DNA from: Vicugna vicugna
Lineage: Eukaryota
Assembly: GCA_013265495.1 (NCBI GenBank)
Contig: MU058213.1
Location: 4,464,001-4,528,000, forward strand
Length of the DNA: 64,000 bases
Reading direction: 5' to 3'
Positions 24,981 to 35,479 of this stretch are shown in pieces (the stretch's first letter is position 1; each line of letters starts with the position of its first letter). The notes beneath the pieces were generated by a model. That model was not told where the DNA came from, ran no database searches, and was given only the letters and a program-made list of their open reading frames with translations. The position numbers and the translations under genes are program-made.

Positions 24981-27344
24981 CACATTGATCACCCACTGTG
25001 GATCGAGTGTTTCCTGCAGAGCCCAAATTCATCCTTCACCAGTGTGACACACTAATAATATATGTTCTTATAATTAATCTGTTTGTTTTTCCAGTATAAA
25101 TGGAATTGTTTTAAAAAACAATTTCTTTTCTTATTTCCAATTTTCAACCTCTTTACAGTTTTATTTTTTCTTGGAATGTCATTGTTCTGCATGGAATAAA
25201 TTCAGATAACGGAATAGTCTGGGATGCTGTGGCATTACTTTGCTGTTCATTAGCTGGAGAGTGATATATGATCCGATTAGTAGAAACAATAGATAAGCAG
25301 TTGTTCAGAATGGTACCCTTTTTGTTAATCTGCTGTCTTCGACTCAGCTCGGCAGTTTTATTCTGCATTTCAAAGTCTTCACATCTTTCAAGTATCGTTC
25401 TGAGGTTTTTTGTACCCTTACAGTGCCTGTCAGACAGTGTAAAAACACAGTTGAAAGTGACACTAGTAGTGACGACGAAGTGATCCATGTCAGAAGACAC
25501 AGAGATGAAATTTTGTCAAGTTCAAGCTCAGAGAATGTGGAGACAGGTGATGTTGAAGTTGAAAACAATGAGTTTTTAGAACAATTAGTTGTAGAAGAGG
25601 AAGAAATAGATGTTAGTAGTGATGCACTGGGAAGTACTCAGTGGAAAGAGTTTACTGGCAGACAAAAGTCCTTTATATTCACAGGAAAAAGTGGACTTCT
25701 GACAGAATTACCTCTTGATAACAGCCCAGGTGAAGTTCTTTTGCTATTTTTAGATGACAAAATAATAAACTTTCTGGTAAAGGAGACAAACAGATGCAGA
25801 ACAAAAATTACTTCAACATCTAAATATGGAATATAGTTGAATAAAGAGATGGAAACTTACTTCTGAAGAAATTTAAAAATTCCTTCTTCTAATTCGGATG
25901 AATCTAGTGAAACTAGTATCTACGACTAAATAATGTGTCATAATCATTTTGAATTATTATTACCAAATTTGCACTTTGCAAATAATGAACAATTGAAAGA
26001 GGTGAAAGGCTTGGAAAAGTACTACCTTAACACTTTGACTGAAAATACCAAAAAATTTTTTCACCAGGCCCAGATGTCATAATCAATGAGACAGTGGTTC
26101 ATTGGAGGGGGAGGCTTACATTTAGGCAATATATGCTAAATAAGAAGACACACAAATATGGAATAAAATTATTTAAGTTATGTTCAACCGAAGGTTATAT
26201 GTGGTCGATAAAAATATATTCTGGACAAGAGACTGGTGGAGTTAGGCAAATTGGATTAGCTCAAAATATTTGCAGTAAGCTTGCAGAAGAATTATGGAAT
26301 GAAAGACATACCTTGTATGTAGGTAACTTCTACACCAGCTACAAATTGGCCCTAAATTTTTAAGTTTGAAAACTCGTGTTGTTGGGACTGCAGAGCGTAG
26401 TAAAAGTTTATTATGTTAATGACGTTAAGATGTTATTGTTTAGGTTAATGATGTTAAGATGTTTAAGATGTTAATGTCCCATCCACTAAAAAGAGGTGAA
26501 ATGGTGTTGAGGGAAGATGACAATGGAATTGTCATTCTAAAATGGAAAGATGTTTGGAATATAAGAATTTTAAACAAAACATGCACCTGTTATGGTGTCC
26601 AGTTCACATTTGTCTGCTTGTCACCACAGTCTTATAAAAATGAAGCCACTAGCCATACTTGATTATAATAAAGGAAAATGTGGCATCAGTCTAAGTGACC
26701 AGATTGTTTCATACTCAACAATTTTATGAAAAAGTATCAAATGGTGCTGAAAATTAGCACTACATCTACTTCTTGGGATTTCTGTCATAAACCCACATAT
26801 TCTATACCAGGCAAAAGCAAATTGAAAAATAAAAATATCAGAATTTAAGGAACTTTTAGTTGAGGAATGATTATATTCTCCAAATATTAGGTCCAGTGAT
26901 ATGCAAAAGGATAAAGAAGAAGTGACTCACAATTTACAAATTAGAAAAAAATCCACAAGGCAAAACAATCAGAAGAATGTGCGTCCTCTGTTATCAGAAA
27001 AGCAGGCACGCTCTGGAATGACAAGAAGCTAGAAAAAAATGTAAAAAAGGCAGGAACATATTGTCCTAGTTGCCCCTAAAAAACCGCAGCTTTGTATAAA
27101 TTGTTTCAGTGAATATTGTAAGAAATTCTATACTTCTGTTCAAAAGAAAGGTTTTTTATCTATCTATGTATGTACTTATATGTTGTTACTATTAAATACT
27201 GGTATTACAAATGAAAACTGTTGCAAATTACTTGTGAAAACCTGCATAATTGGATGAAGGAAAGCATCACCCATATCTGGGTGACAGGGCCCCCTAGGAG
27301 ACAAAACTATCACCCAGATTTGGGTGATGGTGGCAATCAACATG
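24981..27344 (+). mobile_element. Fossil piggyBac DNA transposon with both ends (2364 bp)
   Basis: TTAA at 24977-24980 and 27345-27348. Left end CACATTGATCACC, right end reverse complement CATGTTGATTGCC; both reduce to CACGTTGATCGCC by CpG decay. Internal piggyBac transposase remnants. Confidence 0.93.
25423..27130 (+). pseudogene. Decayed piggyBac (PGBD4-like DDD) transposase with C-terminal Cys-rich domain
   Basis: Acidic N-terminus (25423-25836); HFELLLPNLHFANNE; VIINETVVHWRGRLTFRQY..KKTHKYGIKLFKLC; LYVGNFYTS; LKWKD; KPLAILDYNKGKCGISLSDQ..KSIKW; CVLC, TYCPSCP and LCINCF motifs at 26975-27110. Many frameshifts and stops. Confidence 0.93.
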
Positions 27345-27524
27345 TTAAGTACCGTAATAATGCTCTGTAGAAAATTTGGAAATTATAATAAGCCAAAAGG
27401 AAGACAGTAAACTTGATTCACTCATAATCCCGTCATTCAGTGAATCAGTGTTAACATTTGGAATCTAGCAGAGATTCTCTTTCCCACAGGAATGTGACAG
27501 GTAATTTGTCTTTTAATTGAAAAG

Positions 27525-28090
27525 TTTATTTCTCAAAAAAATTAAAACCACAGTTACCATATGACCCAGCAATTCCACTTCTTGATATACACTCCCCAAA
27601 ATTAAAAGATCCTTAAAGAGATATTTGTACACCATGTTCATAGCAGTATTAGTCACAGTAGTGAAAAGGTGGAAGCAGTCCATATGTCTATCAACAGATG
27701 AACAAGTGAACAAAATATGGTATATACCTACAATGGAATATTATCCATCCTCAAAAAGAAAGAAATTCTGACATGTTATGGCATAGATGACATTATGCTA
27801 AGTGAAGTAATACAGTCACAAAAAGACAAATACTGTATAATTCCCCTTGTATGAACTGTAATGAGTAGTGAAATTCACTGAAACAGAAAATAGAATGGTG
27901 GTTGCTAGGGGCTGGGAGGAAGGGAGAATGAAGAATATCTAATGGTTATAGAATTTTAGTTTTATAAAATGAAAGAAATTCTGGAGATTGGTCATACAAT
28001 GTAAATATGCTTAACTCTACTGAATTGTACACTTCAGATGGTTAAGATGATAAATATTACGTTAATTATATTACCACAATTGAAAACGCA
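27525..28090 (+). mobile_element. L1MB-like 3' end
   Basis: gttaccatatgacccagcaattccact...ccatgttcatagcagtatt...gaatggtggttgctaggggctggg...tactgaattgtacact. Confidence 0.85.
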
Positions 28091-29794
28091 CAATTTATTG
28101 AACCAGAGATAAAAATATATAAATGTCTATCAGTCACCAATCTTTTGAAGTAGAAGCAAGGCCTGTCTTTAGTGGATGGGGCAATTTGATTGGGTTGTAG
28201 ATTACTTTTCTTGCTTTAAACACCTGTAGTTCACTGAAAATCACAGATGGTGAATTATGAGTATAGTTTTAGCAAGAAAAATAATATACAGAGGCATAGT
28301 AAGAAATATTTCTGGAGCAATTGTTTTCATTCCTTTAGATTTCTGTGGATGGCCTCCCCACCCCTCATCTTTTGCAGTTGTCTAGCTACTGTACGCAAAT
28401 CATTAGATGATGATTTAGGGGCAGCTTCCTCATGCATTCAACTCAGTTTTCATAGAAATGACTACCTTTCTTTTTGCATTCATATTTCCTCAGTTTAAGG
28501 GTTTCATTTAGTTACACAGTCACAATAAAAAGTACAGTTGTCATCAAACAGATTTGGGGATGAATAGAACTAGCTCTTGGTAAGCATATAACTGAACTAG
28601 TGAGAGTAAAAATGTGAGGGTATTAAGAGAACAGCCTGTCAACCATGAGCACTCAGTATGTCGTAGAGACCAGTCCTACGTTTTCTAGAGGGAATGTGTT
28701 AAGGGCATTAGTTAATCTCAAGGGTTGATTTACCTAGTATTTTTCTTTCTAGTCTTTTTCCTTTACATACTTTTTCACAGATGAGAGCATATTTAGTCCA
28801 ATCTTGTATTGGACTTTTTCACTTACTATTATGTAATAACACTTACTATAAATATGATTTTGAAGGACTCTGTCCGTGGTAATCTACTGTGTAGTGTTTC
28901 ATATAGTATAACTTTCTCCACTCTTCACCTGTTAATTGGCCATTTAGATTGTTTAGAAACAATACTGTATTGAGCATCTTTTATGTGTAAAGTTTTATCT
29001 TCCCTGACTTGATTATTTAGAATAAATTTCTAATATTTAAAAGTTGCTTGGTCAAAAGGTAAGAGTTTTTTGGGTGGTTTTATGGTACACATGTTGTTGA
29101 TACATCTGATACACATAAAATTGTTCTTTATTTTCTCCTCAAACCCAGGTACTTGGGAGAACTTAGTGCCTCATGTATGCATTGAGTCCTGAGTGGATGT
29201 CTGTTCAATATACACAGTCTATTTTCCACTAGATCCTAGCTTTTCATCTTTGTTTTTTAGACAGGCAAGTCCATTGACATACTGTTATTTCCTCTTTTTG
29301 TAATTGCTTGGGCAGTCTCTCTTACTCATACAATGCTGTTTCTTCCTCTCAGCCCCTCTTCCTTCCTAATCTTCCCAGCTCTTGTCTACATGTTCTGTGA
29401 AACATTGCATGATGGCCGTCATCTACCTTGCTCTCTTTTCCGACTCCTTTTTTTGAAATTAATTCAATCAACAATACTAGATGCTGTGAGAAAATAGCAG
29501 TGAGCAAAACTTTGTGGCCCTTCCTTCATGAAGCTTATGCTCTAGTGTTAAATTGTGCCATGTATTTGTCCTGTTTAACCTACTAGATTGTAGGTGAATG
29601 TGTTAGGTACATACAAGGTATTCATTGAACTGCTCGATTGACCATTCTAGATATACAGAAAAGAAAATTGCCAAGGGTTACGAATATTAATACAGGGATA
29701 TTGTTTAATGATTGCCACGTGGCTGGGTCATTGATTATCAGCCTTGGAAGGGTCCTTAGAAGTTTATAATCCAATAACCCTTTAATGTTTTAAT

Positions 29795-30170
29795 CTCCTT
29801 TTATTCAACAAATATCTATAGATCATGTGCTAAATGTCAGGCATTGTGCTAAGGACTGGGAAAGTGAAGGGAACAAGAGTGATCAAATTCCCTGCATTCA
29901 TAGACTTAATGTCCATTCATAAAGCCTTCTATAACTTAGGGTTTGTTGATTACAAAGTACTACCTAATTATAAAAGAAAACACTTATTAAGCATTTATTT
30001 GTGACAGACACTAAGCTAAGCCATTTGTGTACATTAGTGTATTAAGTTCATACAGCAATTATATTCAGTAGACAGAGTTGTTTTCATTTTACAGATGAGA
30101 AAACTGAAGCACCTTACATTGAAAACTCAGGTCTGTCTGGCTCCCATAACCTGTGCTTTTAACCAGTGTG
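29795..30170 (-). mobile_element. L2 3' end followed by a MIR fragment
   Basis: ttattcaacaaatat...tgtcaggcattgtgctaagg (L2 tail); cattttacagatgagaaaactgaagc (MIR core). Confidence 0.65.
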
Positions 30171-31169
30171 TTGTGACTTCTGACTCCAAGTCCAGTAATT
30201 CTCCTTTTACTCTTTTGTGCGCCTTTTGTCTCCATCAAGATATTGTCCAACCTGTGTGTTGACTAACTTTAGTAACGTAGTACTTAACTCTCCCAAGGTA
30301 GCTACTTAATTTTTGACTATTTATTAGAAAGGTCTATTTTGTGATATGACTGAAAAACAAATAGAAATTTTCCTATTTTGGCCTTAGATATATTCTTGAT
30401 ATCACACCAAACTGTGGCAGCCCTTCAGATATTTAAAGTAAGCTGTCACCTTTTCTACTCCAGAAATATTTCTCCACTCAAATCCCACGATTTCAAATGT
30501 CTTTATTTTACTGTCTCGGTGACTGACTGTGAACAAGTTTTAGATCACTTGCAGGTTTTTTTTGTTTTAACTGTGGACTCAGAAATCACTGTTATCTCCA
30601 GATGTAGAGAAAAGACAATACTAAAGTGATAAAAGCCAGGATTAGCTCACCATTTCCCACTCCTTTTTCTTGAAGACCTCCATTTATATTATAATCATTT
30701 TTTAGAAACATCTGAAATATTCAAAGCTGAGGAAGGAACCACCTTTCTTTTCTTTTTAAACTGTATGGGCCTTATAATTATGCACTTGAATGTCAGAAAT
30801 TAATCAACATAGGTACATCTCTAACTTGCAGGGGTGTGCAGGAGTAGGTAGGAATAGGAAGATTGATAGGTTGTGGAAATATTGGAAGATTTAGGAACTC
30901 TTGGTTAAAAATCATAAAAAAAAAAAAAAGGCACAAACCAGGATGGTAGTTTGGGTGTTTAGTAGTTTGGAAGAGGGAGGACACAGGCATGGTCCTCCAT
31001 GGTTTGGGGCAGCAGCCCTTTAGAAGCCAGTGGTCACAGCAAACAAGAGAAGGAGAGATAAGAGCTTATGTGCAGGAGGGCATCCATATAGAAGGGCAAA
31101 GGATGCTATGGCAGAAACTGGAAGTTGGTTAAATGTAGGTATTAGGTAGGAATTGGTGACATTGGTGTG

Positions 31170-32260
31170 AATTCATAGTTTGCAGTATATAGTAAGATTC
31201 AGTGAGAGGCAGAAATACAGGTACAGACGTGTGTTGTGAATATATGTCTATTATACATATATTCCCTCAGTGCTGTCCATTTAGCCTAGGAATAGGAAAA
31301 CCCTGGTACCAGTGACCATCCCTACTGTCCAGAAATTGGTTTCAAAATCCTTTTTTTTTCCCACTAAAAGAAGCCGGGGCTCCTCGGAGTAATGACTGAT
31401 TCTAGGGTTAGGACAAGGAGAGTACAAGATGAGCCTGGAACATCTTGCTCTGCTGGAAAGAAGGACATACTCAAAGAATGATGAGGACTTACAGAAGGTC
31501 ACAGAAGCCAGCTTGGAGGGCTCCCTCTGGCCAAATCTGGACAATCTGAACAGCAAAATAGTGATAGTAATGGATTATAACTCATTGAATAAAATAGGAA
31601 AGCATGAGTCTGTGCTGATACAAATTGAAAGTTTTGTGAAGAATAGGATTTTTACCTAGTCAAAGTACCTTCTTACAAAATCTTTATTAACTGCATTGGG
31701 AAAAAGTAAGTTTTGAGTTGAGAAGCCTTGGCAGATGGCACTTTAATGAAGCAAAGTGAACAACATCAGTAGTGAGACAATTCAGTTCATGTGCCATTTA
31801 ATAGGATTCACTGGGAAGAACGTGGCATCACTTCTGTGATATTCCTGCCCAGAATCCTGACCTGAATCTAATCTTGAGGAAACATCAGATAAAACTAATT
31901 CAGAATGAGTGACATTCTGGCCTGTGATATCAGAGATGTGAAAGTCAGAGTTAAAGACAACTGAAGACAGTAACAATTCTGAACTCAGTCCTTTCACTAA
32001 GGCATTATTCAGATGTTTGGCAAAAACTCGAATGGGACCTAAAGATTAGAAGATAGTTATATATAATTGTTAATTTGACTAGTCTGGTGGTTGTATTATG
32101 GTTACTTGCACGATACACAGTACGACATATTGTATTGGATAATGGTGAGGCATCATGTCTGTGACTTGTTCTCAGAAATTCTTCAAGGGGAAAAAGTTCC
32201 TTTTACTGTATGTGCAACTTTGTTGTATTTTTTTTTGGACTTTTTTCAGAATAAAACAAA
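31170..32260 (+). mobile_element. L1MC4/5-like 3'UTR
   Basis: gtacaagatgagcctggaacatcttg...gagggctccctctggccaaatctggacaat...catcacttctgtgatattcctgccc...tgaatctaatcttgaggaaacatcaga. Confidence 0.8.
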
Positions 32261-35200
32261 ATAGCAACAAAAAAGTGGGATTAAAACGTGGATGATGTCT
32301 TTCTGTATGCTTCATTTCTGAAAGGATATGTAACTTAGAGAATTGCTCATTTTGTCACTACAAATACCCTTGAAAATTTTATATTAATTTCTTCCATTTA
32401 GTACAGACTGTCTGTTGTCTTAGTAAAACTTGGAACTCACTGGTTGTCCCACAGTGATAATGAAGGTAACCAATATAAATGTAAAATGGTACAGAGGAGA
32501 ACCAGTACCAAAGGAAAATATGACTAAAGGTGGTGAGTCTTTTTCTTTTCATTTTAAAAACTTTGTCAACCTAATAGTAAATTAAAGATGCAATTTAAAA
32601 TAAAAATAACTACTTAGTATGTCCAAAGTCATTACATTCTCCTCATATTGCAGATTATAAATGTTAAAGTCACTGATACTAAATAGCCAGTATATTTATA
32701 TAATAAGTTAGAATTTTTGTCTTGGGAGAGCTGTTATTAAGTCCTTTTTATTTCTGATATAAAAATTATATAAATCCATACCATAGAACTCTAGGGAAAT
32801 AAATATTGGATTTAGTCAAGGCAGAAATACCAAGACACAAGGGGGCACTGTTTTACCATAATCCAATTGAATTTAACAGCTTTTGTTTACTGTGAATGCC
32901 TCTCCCAAAAGTCTGTCTTCTCAGTAGTTATCATGAAAACTTAAACACTTTAAATTTCTCTAAATCTGTAACACTTAAACCAGCTAAGCTTTCAGAGTTC
33001 ACAAATCAGATGTGCTCTTAGCAAAATTCAGGAACTTTTTATTGTATTTGGCATGAGTTTGGGGAGAGTGGATGATTTGAAGATTGAAGGTGGTGTAACA
33101 CATTTAGTTGTTAGTGTTTAGGTCTAGCAGTGGGGGAAAATCACTGTAAAAACATTTCAGTTGCTTTGGAGAAATATAGTGTCTCTGTTCTGTAGAAAAG
33201 AGTTGGGATAAAGATTGAACTGTTATAAGCTGCAGCTGCATTTGCCATCAAATACCAAGTTGGTGCTGATGAATGTTTTGTTTTTATTGTCATGGAAACT
33301 TGGAGTCAGAGAATGGATATTCTTTTCATCTGGGAAAATAGCAGTTCCTTGCATAAAACGTAAGGACCTTCCAAAGCAGTTCCTAAAATAGATATAAGCT
33401 GAATGTAATCCAGAAAAGTTGAGGAAGTAAATGTGGAATAAATGCAATCATTTCTGGATCACTTCTATTCTCAATACTAAGAATATAACTGTATTTTCAG
33501 TTACTAAGCATATTATTTGCTGCTAGAAGGCTGAATTCCAGGAAACATGGTATTTAACATCAATATGATAGTTACCCAGCCCTTTAAGAGCTATCTTTAT
33601 ACTTCTTCCTTGATCTTAATATATCTATGAGAACTCTAAACTTAAATCTTATTATACAGTTGCTTCTGATCCCTGAATTTTTTTTCATTCATGCTACTTA
33701 CTTGCTATAATCTTCCATTCAGAATATTTTAAAGCATGTTATATTAGGGAGAAAAAAAAACTTTACCCCCAAAAAAAGAAACTCCTCTTTGAAACATCAA
33801 ATGTAAGATGATTGGAAAAAAAGGAAGTACAAAAAATTTTTAAATGAAGATTCGTGTAAATCCTATTTTATTTTATAAAGTTGTAAATGGTAAGAGACAT
33901 CACAGAAACTGAAAATGCAAAGGAATTTTTAAATTACAGCAAATATGATACAACAAGATACAAATATGGGAAATAATAGTAAAAAGTAGATAAAGTGGCA
34001 ACACAAATTAAAGCAGTCTCTAAACTTACATTAAGAAAAGGGGAAAATTGTGAGTTATTATCATTACCAGCTAAGTTATTTTGTCTCTGCAACGGCAACA
34101 AGGCATATTTTTATGACTTAATTAAAGATGGTAGAGAAGGAAGGGTTACAGGGAACTCTTTTAGATAGGATAGTCAGCGAAGGCAGGTAACATTTGAGCA
34201 GAGATCAAAATGCTCCAGCAGAAGAGCATTTCATTCAGAGAAGCTAGTAAGTCCAGCAGCCTTCTGTGGGATTTAGAATGTTTAAGGAAAATAGCAGAAT
34301 ACAAGTTTATGAACAGGGTTGAAAAAAAAATGTTCAAATAGATTTTAAAGCAGTATGATTAACTAGAACATATTATCAGTTTTCTCACATGAGACAGGTG
34401 CAGGATTAGAATTAGAGTTCTAAATCAAAAGATTAAGTTTCCAAGATGTCGGAATCTCTCAGAGGAAGAATAGGATTGTTTCAAAATAAACATTATAAGT
34501 GTGAGTTTTACTGTTATTTAGTATTGTTTTTCAAAATATTATAATGAAATCAGTGTTTTTTATTATTGAATATAGTCTGAAGTAGGCAAGAAACAATTCA
34601 GAAAAAAAATGTCAAAATAAATGTTAACATAATTTAGCTTAAGAGTTTAAGAAGCAATAACCTCTAATAGAATATAGTTTATGATCCCGGCATTACTCCC
34701 ACTGCACCACTCTGCTGGTCCAGAATATAGTTTAATAACAGCAATTTTTACAAATGTTTTTAATGCTGTATGGTATCTAGAGCACATATATATGTACATA
34801 TATATGTATAATATATTGTAACACATACCATAGGATGCGGAATTAAAGATCTGCACAACAAAATACCCAACTCAATTTAGAGAACTAGTTAACACGCCAG
34901 AAGAAAATACAGGAGAAACTACAAACTGGACATTATATTCCATAACTGAAGTAATGAGAAAGAATTGGAAAATTGCCAGCTTTTTAACCTTTTAGAAATA
35001 ACAGTGTGTGTAGTCAGTGCAGGAGATCATATTCTTAGAGCAGTTTGCTCCAAGTTCAAATATGTCAGCAGACTTAGTGGAATTCAAAGTATGTTAGAAA
35101 TAAAGCATTGAAGGTTAAAAATAAGAGACCCTCTTTACAATGTCATTAAAAACAAAAGTAGTTTAAGAAAGTTTTTAGATTTTCCAAAAGTTTGTCAAAT

Positions 35201-35479
35201 CCAGTTTCTATTATGGTACAGTCTAGCTGAGCAGGATGTATTTAATTTAGGATACTCTAAAATATAAAGATAGTAACATGTTTGGAATCTCGTGTTATGT
35301 TATCTTCTACCATACAAAATCCCTTGAGTAGTTTTTTTTTGGTCAGAAAGTCTGATTATTTATAGGTGTCAAGTTTTGCTGTATTCTGCTTTCTGGTCTT
35401 TAAAATTGCGTTTGCTAGAGAAAGACTAGGAGAATGCTTTTCTTTTTTTTCTCCCCCTTTTTAGTGGGGAGACTGGTGG

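Noticed and set aside
25423..27130. Intact or active PGBD gene
   Set aside because: Multiple frameshifts, stops and loss of all three catalytic aspartates.
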